64,000 bases of DNA, taken from positions 114,826,001 through 114,890,000 of the forward strand of contig NC_058373.1 in the NCBI RefSeq assembly GCF_018350175.1. Reading direction: 5' to 3'. Under the pieces are notes generated by a model that was not told where the DNA came from, made no database searches, and worked only from the letters and a program-made list of their open reading frames with translations. Position 1 is the stretch's first letter. Each line of letters opens with the position of its first letter. The DNA is from Felis catus. Lineage: Eukaryota. Below are positions 1 through 13,045 of this stretch, in pieces. A program made the translations under genes and the position numbers.

Positions 1-44
1 ACTGCAGGCTGCATCCAGCTACTACGTCCCTCCCCCCCATCAAC

Positions 45-200
45 CCATACTTAATGAGCGTGTATGTGCGGCTACGTGCCAAGCGCTGTTCTAAGGGCTG
101 GGGAGACCATGGTGAACAGGACGAGGACTCCTGCCCTCGTGCAGCTTACGGTCCAGTGGCAGAAAACACAGTGAAAAGCCAAACAGGAGAATGATGATGG
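45..200 (-). mobile_element. L2 LINE 3' fragment
   Basis: Resembles the L2 3' end (tacgtgccaagcgctgttctaagggctggggagac...ctgccctcgtgcagcttacggtccagtgg). Confidence 0.55.
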
Positions 201-3200
201 AGTTCCTCTCAAACAGCCAAGTCCTCTCCTTGATGGTTTATGGAGACTTAGAAATAATATTCCCTCAGGTACAGCGGTGCCTTGAGTGTGGCCAGCTGGC
301 AGTGGGCAGCACATGTGCCACTGATCGCTGGGTGACCTCCGAAGGCACCGGCCCGAAGAGGGTCCCGCCTTCCTCGTGGGGTCATTGTGAGTTTTCTGTG
401 ATCAGGCTTCGGCACCGTGCCTGTTGCGTGGTCACACACGTTCTGTCCCTTGTCTCTGCCTCCTTTCCTGCTTAGAGCAGACACAGGGGTCTAACCAGTC
501 TCCCTCGCCCACCGTCTGAGTCCCCGATGCAGCTGCAGACAGGGCAAGAGGCTTCTAAGCCCACTGAGTCTCAAGGATACTGGGTATGCTGGCGAGAATG
601 GACGCAGCTGGGGCCCTGCACTCGGCCTCTCCAGGCCGCTCAGCACAGGCTCGGAAGGGGTGGGCAGGCGCGCGCTGGTGGGGCAGGATGGTCATCGTTG
701 TTCGGCCTCTCTGGGGTCTGTTCTTCATAGCCCTGCTGAGCAATCTCCTGCACAAGCCCCTTGCCCCAGCAGCCAGCAGCAGTGCCTAAGGGGGGGGGGG
801 GGGAGAGGTGGGCTGGGGTAAGAGTTTGCCCAAGCCACTCTCCTAATATGTGACAGAACCGGCATTTGAATGCAGGTTGTCTGACTCCAGAGCTAGGCTC
901 TCACCTGAACTCTACTCCCTTTCCCCCCTCTGTTATCCACCCTGACATCAAATGTACATGGGCAGAGTTCCCTGGGGCCTCTGGGAGCGCCAGGGGCACA
1001 CGGCTTTCCCAGCTTACCTGAGTGCTGGCTTTGCCCGCTTTCAAAGAGACGGGGACCATGCCGGAGAGTAATGCCACAAGGGAGAAACTGTCCAAGGAAC
1101 CAGAAGTCCAAAAAGGGCACAGTTAGAGGGACCTCAGAGGTCGTCTCCCTGCACGCCTCCTTTTCCGGAGGAGAAAATGGAGGCCCCAGTGGGGAAGTAA
1201 GGTCCCTGTGTACAGAACTTCTGACCACCCTACAGACTGCCCAGTGTGCTCAGAAGCCCTGTACTGGGACCCAGGCAGTAGCATGGAGAATGGACTCAAA
1301 CCCAGCCCCACCTCTTACCTGCTGTATGGCCCTTTGGCAATCGGGAGTGTCACCAAGTCCCGGCATGCGGGTTGTGGGTGCTCCAGAGATCACGTGTGTG
1401 AGGAGCCGGCACCTGGTGGGTACCCAGTGAACTGCAGCTATCATTATCACTCTTGTTTTCCAAGTTCAGTGCGTGTTGGGCAACACCAAGTCTCTTAGGT
1501 GTTGCTTTGATTCTAGGGTTCTGCTGGAACCCATTCCTAGGACCAGAGAGGAAACAATGCTTACTGTTATCTCTGAACACTGAAATCCATCTCATGGAGG
1601 GCTGAGCCTTGGCCCGCACCTATTTTGGATCCAGATCTGGAAGACCACGGGCTGTAGCTGAGGTGGCAGGTGCTAGCTCCCAGCCCTTCCCAGTGTGCTG
1701 TGGCTTCCGGCCCATCACTTAGCCTCCGCCTACGTCAAATTTCTGTTGGCCAAATGAGCATGGTCATGACCTGCCTCCCTATCCCCCACCCCACCCGCCT
1801 CACCACCGTGGGAAGTTTATTATGTCCATCTAAGGAAGGGCTGGCTCTGAAGTCTAACATCACCCAGAGAGGCGATGTCTCTATGGGGTTTTCCTGGTGG
1901 TGGGTGGAGCAGGGGCGGGGTGGCAGGGAAACAGCCTTCTTTTTGGGACAGAGCTACAAGTGACAATTGCTTCAGAGGTGTAGCATCCTCACCACTGACC
2001 CCTGGAGAGGAAGAGGTGAGACATGTAGAAATCCTGCCAAATTCTGCATCCTCCTTGCCTCCCTCTCCTCATACAGCCCTCCTTCTAGAGCCATCAGAAA
2101 CCCCATCTGCCTGATTCTGGGTTCTAGCTTCATTCCCCAGGCCTAGGCGTGAGTTTGGAGCTTCTCACTAGGGGTTGGTGCGATGTCTTTGGATCCCACA
2201 TCCTCTCACCTGGTTTTCTCAAGACCAAAGGCAACTAGACATGCACAGGCCAGGCTGGGCTGAGGGAGGCAGCCTATGGCAGCAGAGGGCCATTGCCCAA
2301 GTCTTTCCACCTGGTTGACCTGAGAGCCTGTGTGGAAGTGGGGACACCAGAAGGGCAGTTTCCTTATGTTTTCTTGTTGTTTGGAGATGCCCGTGGGCCT
2401 GACCCTTAAGCAACAAACTTTTCTTGGCTTCCCACAGAGGACATGACTACCGGGTCAACCCCATGGCTCCCGTGGAAACCAGGCTATGGCTTGGCAGTGG
2501 ATAATGCTATGGCATTATCTGTGGAAATGGATCCTCGCCCCTACTGCAACCTAATTAAACTCCCCAGGCGAGACACCTGACAGCAAGGCTGGCCCACTGC
2601 TCCAGGGCCAGTGGCCCCTTCACACCCACCTCCTGTTGTCCCTGACTGCTGCGTGGCTTGGGCCTCAGACTCCCTGCTACTCTTTGTGGGACTCTCTTTG
2701 TACATTCTCTTTCCAGGGTCATATTCTTGGTAGGGCCATTTTTGGACTTGTGTATGTGTCCTCGTGGTTAGTTTTCTGAGTCAGGAGGCGGGCACTGCAG
2801 TTGCACCGATGATCTTTCTGCAGCAAAAAACTAATTAGGGTTTTCTTTCTTCATTTTACTTCATTCCAACAGAAATGCACTAAGCATCTATTACATGCAG
2901 GGTTCAGTCCCGCACACTGGAGAAACAGGGGAAAATGAGTGGTGCTGATGGGGGGTGGTTGGGGGAAGGCATGAGCTGTCTGACTTCCCCTTTCCTAAGG
3001 CAGCTTTATTTAGAGGCCAGGACCTTAAGTGGGTCAGGACCCTATGTGGGAGCCAGTGTCCAGTAGCATCGGCAAGAACTAAACCCCCTGCTAACTCTGA
3101 CCGTGGCATTCAAGCGCCCAGCCTGCCCAAAGTCGACTCCCACCAGGCCCTTTCCAGCATCCTGGCCCCAGCAATACCAAGCAGCTCTTGTCCTTGAACG

Positions 3201-4307
3201 CATCAAGGACTGCCATCCTCTGGACATTTGCTCTGGCTGTTCATGAATCTAATACCTCGCCCTGCCCTCCCCCTGCCCTCCCTCTTCAGAATTTATTCAA
3301 AAGTTTATCCAACTTCTATGAAAAGCCTTCTCTAAGACCCCCCTTGGAATACAATATTTCTTCCTCCGTGATCCCTGCTTGGTTTAGGCAACATCTATTC
3401 ACTGCGAGTCTGCTCTGTGCCCGACACTGTGCTGATCTCCTAGCCCACCTTTCCTTCTGCTCTGGACAAGAGCATTCCACCCGGGATTCTCAATGCCTCC
3501 AGGCCTGGGGCAAAATCTCAGTGATGTCTGTGTCCTGTCTCACCACGGTGTTCGCACTTCGTGGAAAGTGCAAACGGAGAGACGGCTTCTAGACTGGGCT
3601 CTGACCACTAATTAGTCGCGTGGCCTCTGGCCAATCTTCCAGCCTCTCTGGCGTCCTTTCTTCCTGGTGAAATAGTGGTAATGATATCTCACGGTTGCCC
3701 AGGGGACAGGGGAAGGGTCTGGAGGGAAGCCTTATGAAAGCTGGGAGCCCCAGGCCAATGGAAGATGTGGAGGGGTTGTACCCCCATTCCTCTTTCGCTG
3801 GCTGTGAAGCAGAGTCGAGTCCCCTTCGCTCTCCTCGAATGTCAAGCGCACCAGCTTCCAATCCCTCCTCGGGGCCGGCCCTCGCGCGGCTCGGAATCCC
3901 AGGCTGCGGAGGTTTCCCGTGCAAACTCCACTCTCCTCCCGCCCAGCCATCCCTTCCCAAGGCCCCGCCGAACACACCTTAAGCCCCGCGCCAGAGCGCA
4001 GTTCGGAGCGCAGCCCAGAACCGCAGCTTCGCGGCGCGGGCCCGGGCCGGGGTCGCGCATCTCCAGCCGGTGACTCAGGGCCGCTCGGGCGGGGGGTGGG
4101 TGGAGGTAGGCGGGACCGACCAGGGCCGCGCGGGGGCAGCCGCCGGGCGCTCGGGCGCTGAGCGGTGGGAGCAGAGGCTGTCTCTGGCCCGTCGCCATTC
4201 CACCGCAGGCGTCTGGCTCGCCGGGCCTCGCTCTCGCGCCGCTTCGCACCCGCCGCGCTCCCCTGCCGGTGCGCCGCGGCCCGGGCAGCCGGAGGGGACT
4301 GGAGCGC

Positions 4308-4331
4308 GGGGCGGGCTCTGCGGGCCAATGA
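4308..4331 (+). promoter_or_regulatory. GC box (Sp/KLF) and CCAAT box (NF-Y)
   Basis: GGGGCGGGC at 4308-4316 and GGCCAATGA with CCAAT at 4325-4329, about 240 nt upstream of the ATG. No TATA box seen. Confidence 0.6.
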
Positions 4332-4568
4332 ATGGGCGCCCGGGGGACGCGCGCGCTCGGGGCTGAAGGGCATTAGGACCGTGAGGATCGCTCCGCGCTC
4401 CTGTCTCTCCCTATCACCCCCCACCCCCCACCTCTCTCCCTTTTCTGCTCTGCAGGACTGAGCAGCCAGGCGCGAGCGAAAACAAACAGCTGGGGCTGCG
4501 AGCGCCCTCACCCCGGCCCCGAGAGCAAGCCGGCCGGGCCCCCCACTCGGGGCGCCCGCCCGCCCACC

Positions 4569-4745
4569 ATGAGGAAGATCCGCGCCAATGCCATCGCCAT
4601 CCTGACCGTAGCCTGGATCCTGGGCACTTTCTACTACTTATGGCAGGACAACCGAGCCCACGCAGCATCCTCCGGCAGCCGGGGCGCTCAGAGGGCCGGC
4701 GGGAGGCCAGAGCAGCTCCGCGAGGACCGCACCATCCCGCTCATT
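4569..4745 (+). CDS. GALNT16: GALNT16 first coding exon (N-terminal 59 aa: short cytoplasmic tail, type II transmembrane anchor, start of stem)
   Basis: Translates MRKIRANAIAILTVAWILGTFYYLWQDNRAHAASSGSRGAQRAGGRPEQLREDRTIPLI, which I recognise as the GALNT16 N-terminus. ATG is in context GCCCACC-ATG-A. The 177 nt end at donor ATT|GTGAGT (4746-4751), phase 0. The ORF-track extension to 4802 is intronic read-through. Confidence 0.95.
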
Positions 4746-4889
4746 GTGAGTACGCCCTGCGCGCCGGGCGACTGGCCGGGGAGCCGCGGCGCGCGTCCTT
4801 AGCCCCGCGCGGCTGCAGAGGGCGCGGGGCCGGGGGCGGCGTGCCCGCCGCGCCCTGCCGGCTTTGTATCTGTTGGAGCATTCCTGCCC

Positions 4890-4903
4890 GTTGTTATGGC
4901 AAC
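4890..4903. promoter_or_regulatory. RFX X-box-like motif, promoter-proximal
   Basis: GTTGTTATGGCAAC, 145 nt into intron 1. Confidence 0.5.
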
Positions 4904-7900
4904 CTCTGTCGGGCCAGCGGGGCCAGGGCGCACGGAAGGAGGGAGGGTGACAGCGGGTGGGGGCTGGGAGAAAGTGCTGCAAGTTTGGTGGGCCCGGTGT
5001 GCGCGCGCGACTGGGAACGTGGCTCTCTCGGCACTGCGCCGCTGGAGCCGGGGGCCAGGGGTCGGGGGCTGTCCGCACCTCGCCCGCCCCGGAAAGGCGG
5101 CTGGACAGTGCGCGCAGAGAGCCGGCAGCGGGAACCTCGTGTGGCTGAGCGCGTAGGTGGCCGTGCGCACCCCCTCTCCAGTCTCCTGGGGGCAAAGGAC
5201 GTGGGGTGGGGGCGCTGGGTAAGGCAGGGTGTCTAGGGGCGCAGGGGGCTTTGCGCCCTCTTTTCAACAACGGATCAACTTGAAACTTGCTTCTTTGGCA
5301 CGGAGGACTCCCCCACTAACACCCGCGGCGTTCTCAGGGTCCGGGAAAGGTCTCTGTACGCGCCCCTCACCCCAACACGAGGGTCCATCACGATGCGTTT
5401 GCTGGCAGCGTGTGCTCTACGGCTGGGAGAGTCCCTCTCTCTAGGTCAGCCCCGCGACATCAGAGCGAGCAGGGAAACAAAGGTGGCGGAGCACGGCGGG
5501 GGCCTCCGCGGCGCTGCCGGGGCCCTAGGCGCTCGGGGGACTTAGGCTAAGGCGTGCGGAGCCCCCGCCGCCCTGCAGGGGGCGTGCCTGTCGCCGCCTC
5601 TGCCCGGGCCCCGGGTGACAGCTCGGTGTGGCAGGGGCACCTGTTGAGGCGGAAGGCTCTGGGACCCGCGGAGAGGCTCCGTCGGGCGGGCGGCGTTCTT
5701 CCGACCGGGCCGGTGGCGGGCGAGAGACTTGGACGACCCCCGAGACGAGCGGCTGGGCTGGGGCAGCTTGGCCAGAAGAGGAGCCGTGGGAGGGAGAGCA
5801 AAGTGCGGGGCTGAGGGTGGGTGGCCTTTCTGATGGGAAATATCTGGGCCTGGGGAGGGAGGGGTGTGGAACTCCTCCGGGAGGTGCAGGTTCAGGAGGG
5901 CGAAGGCTTGCGTGGACTAGAATCTGGGATATTTGTGCAAAGGCAGCTGAGCCCCAGGAATATGGTGGAGGCGGGTGTTAGTGTGGAAGTGTTCTCATAT
6001 TCCCATCCTGCCCCAGTTGCCGTGTCTTGTTACCCACCCGGGAAGAAGTAAAAATCTCCTGCAAAGGAACCATATTTCCCAGCTTTGCCTGAGGAGACCT
6101 TGGGGTTTATGGGTTTTCCAGCCCCCGCCCTCAATTCCCAGATCACTGTCGGCTTGAACTCTCTGGGGGTGAGTCTGATTAGGTGGAGGGTTCCCTTCTA
6201 GGCTGAGGGTCCCTGTCACTAAGAACTGTTTCCGAAGGACTTGAGGATGTTTGGGCCGAAAGGCTGATGAGGATAAAGCCTCCAGTGTAAAGACCCCAGA
6301 GTGTTGGGATCTGGGCAGACTAACAGGCTGGAGTGGGAAGTGACCAAATCGGTAGTGGCCCCAGACCTGCAGGGAGCTTGCACAGCACTGACCCACATAA
6401 GCTGCCCCGTTCTCACACCCGGGGAGGGCCAGCCCTGGTCTCAGGGTAGGTGGGCTTGGAGCACCAGGGGAGAAGCAGGCTGGCCGGATGTTCTGTCCTT
6501 CGCTATGGTGATGTGTTGGGAGGAGGGTCTGAGCTGGAGGGGGAGGGTCTGACTTGGCAGGGGGAGGAGGAGGGGAGAAGGGAGAGGAGGGGGAACCGAA
6601 GGGAAGAAACTGCTGCTGGAGCAGAGCCTGAGGCTGGGTCTTCTCACCTTTGTCTCCGCTTCAGAATCCTGACCTTGCTCTTGGACCTCTCCCCACTCCT
6701 CCTTGCCTTCTGAGATCAGCCGGGAAGGCCACTCAGACTGAGAGCCCTGGAATGGTGTGCTGGGCTCTGCTGGGGGCACATGGCACTTGTTTTGAGGGGT
6801 GGAAATTGGAGGTCATGGGGGGCTCCGGTGAATATCCCCTCTGGCCCTCTCCTTGTTCTGTTGGGGTTTGTTTTGCTGCAGATTAGGAAAGGGCAGTGAA
6901 CTGGAAGCTAAGTTTCAAGTGTGAAGGGTTATCAGGTAGATCCCAGGGATCCAGGGAGTAGGGGTGCAAGAAGAGAGGGAGAATGGGGGTTTCCCGGGAG
7001 TGAGCCACAGACAGTTCTCTGGCCACCTACAGGCATGGCCAGCTACCTCTCTGTTCTTACATTTTAGCCCTGGGTGTCCGTTTCGTAGGCCTTGGTCCCC
7101 AGTCACACACCTCCCTGGACACAGCCTTGCATTTTCTTCCTACCTTCCGAGCTGTTTCACTCCAGGGGGGTTCTTAGTCATAAATGCCATCATGCAGGGA
7201 CTATGCTGGAAGCTTCTTACATCCCGGCATCGATGCACACAGCAAGATTTAAGTACTTGTTAGGCAAATCAAGTAGGATTTCTGCCCATCTCTGGGAGCA
7301 GCCAAGCCTCACACCCCCCCACCCCGCCAATATTTTGTCCCGAGCTCCAATCTGACTATACCTAAGGAGATGGGGGGAATGCGTGTTCATCTATGAACCC
7401 TATGTCCAGCCTGAAAGGGGCAGGTGCAGCTGAGGATTACTCTCCCCACCCCCCAACACTGTGGTGAACCTCTCACAGGTCTTCCTGCCATTCCAAAACA
7501 TGTCTCTGTGTACTTGGGCCAGGACACTGCATGTGGATTTTCAAATTCTTAGCGGATGATGTGGCCAGCCGTGCCGACAGAGGCTGAGAAAATTCAGACA
7601 AACGTCATCATCACTCCCCTGGGGAACAGAGAGCAGAGCTGGGAAAGGGAGGGTCTGCATAACAGCCTGGGCCAGGGGGTAGTTCTGCCTTTACAACGCC
7701 CGGGCTATTCGAAGCCAGCCAAGTTGTTTCTGGACCTTGGAGGCGCTGTTTGGCATTGTGGGGTGTCGGCATGGCAACCGTATGGCCCGGATTTCTCCAG
7801 GAGGTCCTGATTTTTAATATTCTGTCCTGCTGTCAGCCCATGTGTCACAAATTGTGATGTGAAAAATTGGTAATGGAATGTGTAAAACTATAGGGAGATA

Positions 7901-9791
7901 CCGACTCCATCCCTCAGTGGCTGCTTGCGATGTGGCTGGGTTTGTGATTTCTTCATGCTGTGTTTTATGGGCAAGGCAGTGGATTTGAGGAAATCCACTC
8001 GAATCTGCATTGATGCAGGCTGGCATTGGGCGGCAGCTAAAAAGCAGGCGGTGGAGCAGACACGGCTGGCCTTCAGTCTTCAGACCTCACGGTCAGGAAG
8101 AACGGTTGTGATTGACTTGGCACCTAGGTGTTCCATATGCCAGTTCTCCAAGAAGCCTGGGTAGGATGCTAAGGTGTTACACGGAATGTCACTTTACAGA
8201 CATACTTTTTAAAGGCTGTCCATTATGAATATTTTCAGGGTAGGGGTACTCATTTGCGACATGTCCTGTTTGGAACCCTGGAAATTTTAGGCAAGAGTTT
8301 TCTTAAACTGGAGTTTCTCACCCTACACTTGGAATACTGCTGATGACCGTGGACAAAGTCCTTCTACCTCTGGACCTTGATTATTTTATGTTAAATTGGG
8401 GTTAAATGATTCGTAAGGTTTGTTGATCCTTGGATAAGCTGATGAGAGCCTCATTCTAGAAGCAGATGAATGGCTTTAAGGGAATTTTCCTGATGCGTGT
8501 TGTGAGGTTTCTTGCTTGTGGACGGACATGCCCCTGTCCCAAGGAGGTCCCGCGGTAACCCTGAGGCCTCGCAGGGATCCCTGCTTACCTAGCGGGAGGG
8601 GACACATATGATGGTCGTTCTGGTGCTGTTCCCTGAGAGCAGAGGCTTCAGTCAGATCTGGAGGAGTTTATATTTTATTTATAATGTGTGCATTTTGGAA
8701 CTTTGGGAATACGGTTTGCCTAAATCACAGAAAAGGATTTTATATTTCATTCATCTAGGTGCCACACACAAGGAAGAGGTTGAGGAGGGAGACGCACAAA
8801 TACCCACAATTCCCTTTGCCAAAATGTTCAGATTGGAAGGGCCTGGTTTCCTGCCCCTGGGGTCCCATCCTGGGTCATGTTGAGACCTGCTCATAGGACT
8901 TGGGGACAGCATAGAGGCACCAAGACTGGTAAGGGCCTGACAGCCCAAGGGTCACCTCCCTGGGAGGCCTGAGGCTTGAGGTCCCAGGATTTGTAGTAGG
9001 GAGCCGCTCACTCTTCTAGTGGGCCCTATGTTTCTGTGTGGTATCAGTAGTCCCCCCACTGGCTGCTCCAGGCATCGGGCCTGGCTTCCTTCTCTGGTGG
9101 TTTATCAGCTCTGTGAGCAGACGAAGCCCTCAGGTCTGGAAATGCCATTTAAGTAGACATGGAGGGGCACTGATAGGCAAGGCGGGGCTGAATTGCCCAG
9201 GGAACTGTCTTGCAGTAATGGAGGAAACTGCCCTGGGGTCAGAGGTGAGCCTGTATCCGAGCAGTTCATTACAGTTAGAAGATTGAAGATTTATCCCCTG
9301 TCGGCTTCTGGAGGAGACCTGAAACCTTCCCTGTGACCGGAGGGCAAAGACACAAGGAGGCTAAGTAGACAGGAAACCGAGGGCTTCTGAAAGGAGTGGG
9401 GAGCAGATGATGTCAATGATGATCACACTTGGGCAGCAGTTCCATTCACTGAATCAGACAATTTAGTACACTCGCAGATGGTGTGCGACTAGCTCTGGAA
9501 ACAGTTTCCAGGGGCTTGATCTCTCTCCTCTAAACCGACACTTGTGGTCTTCGATATGTACCCGACTGGCCTCTGTAATGCCCCTTACCTCCATATGATA
9601 TTTATAGACGCTCCATTCATTGGACCCTTCGACACTGTGTTAGATGTCTCCCAAACTTTAACTTTCCTGACTCCCCTCAACAACCTAATAAGTGGGTGCT
9701 GTTATCAGGCCCACTTAACATATGAGTAAACTGAGGCTTACTTACCGATGATCAGGCAACTAGGAAGTGCCTTTAAAATTAGGTGTTTCTA

Positions 9792-10035
9792 GGGGCACCT
9801 GGGCGGCTCAGTTGGTTAATTAAGCATCTGACTTCGGCTCAGGTCATGATCTCATGGTTCGTGGGTTCGAGCCCTGTGTTGGGCCCTGTACTGACATTTC
9901 AGGGCCCGGAGCTTGCTTCAGATTCTGTGTCTTCCTCTCTCTCTCTCTCTCTCTCTTTCTGCCTCTTCCCTGCTCATGCTGTCTCTTTCTCTCTCAAAAA
10001 TAAATAAAAAATGTGTAAAAATTTAAAAAAAAAAC
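9792..10035 (+). mobile_element. CAN-SINE (felid SINEC)
   Basis: ggggcacctgggcggctcag head, (CT)n, A-rich tail; TSD TAGGTGTTTCTA. Confidence 0.95.
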
Positions 10036-10047
10036 TAGGTGTTTCTA

Positions 10048-10270
10048 GGGGTGCCTGTGTGGCTCATTCAGTTAAGCTTCTGAGTCTTGATTTCGGCTCA
10101 GGTCATGATCTCACAGTTCATGAGTTCAAGCCCCGCATCGGGCTCTGTGCTGACAATGGGGAGCCTCCTTGGGATTCTCTCTCTCCCTCTCTCTCTGCCC
10201 CTCCGTCATGCTCTCTCAAAAATAAATAAATAAACATAAACCTAAAAAAAAAAAAAAAACCACCAAACCC
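10048..10270 (+). mobile_element. CAN-SINE
   Basis: ggggtgcctgtgtggctcattcagttaag head, (CT)n, A tail; TSD TAGGTGTTTCT. Confidence 0.95.
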
Positions 10271-12589
10271 TAGGTGTTTCTGCCTCTGAGGCTCATGCTA
10301 TATCTTCTTTCCCCTGAAGCATCTTTAGGGCAAGATTCAAGTCTGATGCATCCATCGGTGTGTCTTTCCAGGAGCACCTAGGTCAGCACCATGCATTGTG
10401 TTTACTCCTTAAATATTTGTTGGGGGAAGAATGCAAAAACCATATAGAACAAAATGTTAGCGGTAGGCAAGTAGGAGCATGAGTAATCCCCCCATCTGTC
10501 TTTTGGCTTTTTCTACACTTTTTATAATGAACATCTATTAACATTATAATAACAAAGCCCATCAGGATAGTTATTTTAAAAAGTATTCAGGGGCTGAATA
10601 AAATCACTGTGGACCCCTCAATGCAAGTAAACATCTTAAGCATGTCTCGCACTTCTGAATCTCCCATCAGTGCTTAGCGTTGAGCCAACAGAAAAGGCAC
10701 GAGACACAAGCGTATCGAGGGATAGAACTGGGGCCAGTGGTTAGAAGTTGCAGGGGGAGAGAAGGAAGACTTTGTCACTGAACCGTCCATCAGTGGAATA
10801 GTCCAAAGGCTGACCACACCCCTTTTCAACTGGTCAGCGCTTCCTTCCCGAGGCAGTTGTGAGGGGGTGAGAAAAGGCTTGTTGTCTAGCCTGTCTCCTA
10901 AGATGTCAGGCAGTTCCGTAACTGGGTTCGAAATAGGCTCCAATTAGTGCGCCACAAGAGACCTGGCGCCCTGGGAGGCAGGGCTGGCTGAGCACACGGA
11001 GGCCAAGGAGGAGGATGACTAAAGGACCCATAACTGCCGCTGTGTTGTCCCCTCCCTGTTCCTTTGAAGCCGCCAAGCAGGGAGGGAGAGGGCGCCAAGG
11101 CTGGTCAGAGGCAAAGCTGCGGAGTAGGAAACGCTCCTCTGTAGTGTCTTTTCTGCTCCTCAGAACGAGGCCCCCACCAAGGTTTCCTGCCTGCCTGAAG
11201 CCCAGGCCTGCCTGTGTCCCCCACACCCTGAATTTCAGCTACACCCTGTAACAGTATCTGCCTGGAGACAGTGAGGCCACCCCGGAGGACTTCTGTGAAC
11301 ATATCAGAACACGTAGGCGTGGCAGGCTGGGGTATTTTGAAACAGGAGCAAATGGAAGAAACTTTTCGGATATACTTCTTAGGCAGGATAAGGCTCAGGC
11401 CACCTTTGGGGAGACATGAGGTCAAGAGTGCCTCAGATGTAGCCTTTCTACTTCCCTGGACCCATCAGGAAGAGCTTCAAGTGTAGCTCAAGGGCACGGG
11501 TGCCTCTTTCCTGCCATTCCATGAAGCGAGGTGTGGCTCAGGGTACATCAGGCACAACATGGTCGCCGAGCTCAAAGGTGGGTGGCATCTCTTAACACGC
11601 TGAGTGTGAGACGTGCCATTACGGGCCCTAGCAGGGCCAGGACCGAGCAGGACAGAGTGGCCCAGGATGGAGACAGATGTTGGCTGCCAGGGATCGAGGT
11701 GTGAGGGGATGGGGAGAGGATGTAGAATGAAAACCAAGCGACCCGCATCTAGCCCTGCCCCCGAGGGGCTGTGTTTTCTTGGGCGAGTCACTTCCGCTCT
11801 CCGAGCCTTAGTTCCTCATCTGTCGGATGAGGGTTGAACTATAGCATCTCCGAGGTGCCTCCCAACTGAAACCATCTTTGACTTTGTTGACCCACTTCTG
11901 CACCAGTGAGGTGGCCCCAAGCCAGGGCTCAAGGTCTGATGGTGCTTAGATCAAGGAGAGTAAGGCTGGGGGCTGAGGTGTGCAAAAACCCAGACCACTT
12001 GTGTGCAAAAGAGTGTGAAACCTTTAACTTCTCACAAGGAATAAACCGGACCTACCCACTCCCCCCACCCCCCCCACCCCCCGTTATCTTCTCTTAAAAC
12101 ACTGTCGGACGGAGCTATGGGGCTCTCCTTCTGCTAAATCGGAAGTCTGAGGTATTTGTGAGCGTGTCTGGGGATGCTCACAGACACCTATGTAGGAGTG
12201 TCCAGTGGGTGGACTTCAGACATCTCAACAATCTGGGAAGATCAGAAGGAAGCCACAGAGAGCCCTGAGCAGAGAATTAATAGTCAAGCGCCCTTGGACG
12301 TGACTCCGAAGACAGGCGTGGAATTGCCCCGAGGCCGCAGCCTGGAAATGATCATTGTTGGCGATAAAAATCAGTTTAAGGAGTTCGGGAGGTTGGCCTT
12401 CTCCCACAACCTTCCGCTTTTCCTGGGTTACAAATACAGCAGATTAGAAGCAGCAGGATGAGAGAATTGCTAGGAGCCTGCCACTGCACTGAGAGGTGAC
12501 AGTTGGCAGCAAAGGACCAACCAGGAAGGGGCGTGGGAGATTGGAGCAACCCCCTCCCCCAGCAAGCACACACTGGTCCTCAGTGCTGA

Positions 12590-13045
12590 CGGCATCATTT
12601 GTTCCTTCGCTTGACAGTTTTTTCCTGAGCGCTTACTATGTGCCCGGACTGTTCCAGGCCCCGGAGATCACAGAACAGGTTAAAAGCCCTGCTGTTGAGG
12701 ACCATGCATCCTAGTGGGAGAGACAGACCACAAACAGATAAATACACAGTGCATTAGGTGGGGGTGAGTCCCATGAAAATCAAATAAAGCCACAAGAGGG
12801 GACAGAAAGATGAGAGAAGGGGGGCCAGGAAAGGCCTCTCCGATTAAATGGCGTTTGAGCTGCCGTGTGAATGGAAAGGATGAACCAGACAGGCATCTAG
12901 GGGGAGACTGTTCCAGACAGCCAAGGCCCAGGGCACAATGTCCATAGGTGTGTGCTCGGTGCGCTTGGCTGGGGCAGACTCAGCAAGGGTAAGCGTGACC
13001 CGAGGTGAAAGTCCAGATCGTTAGGCCTGTGGGCCGTGGTGAAGA
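12590..13045 (-). mobile_element. L2 LINE fragment
   Basis: ctgagcgcttactatgtgcccggactgttccagg...ctagtgggagagacagac...ggaaaggcctctc...tttgagctg. Confidence 0.6.

Larger units (their letters stand above)
3860..5790. promoter_or_regulatory. CpG island promoter of GALNT16
   Basis: Very GC-rich, with dense CG dinucleotides (CGCG, GCGCGC) across exon 1 and the start of the intron, against CpG-poor flanks. Edges approximate. Confidence 0.9.
9640..10305 (-). mobile_element. MIR, split by two CAN-SINEs
   Basis: MIR core-like atatgagtaaactgaggct before the SINEs; tctgcctctgaggctcatgct resumes after them. Confidence 0.55.

Noticed and set aside
789..803. G15 homopolymer (also the C run near 24316-24332)
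   Set aside because: Simple homopolymers with no supporting context; length is prone to sequencing error.
3732..5270. Long Arg/Pro/Gly/Ala-rich ORFs overlapping exon 1 on both strands
   Set aside because: Expected from stop-codon scarcity in a CpG island.
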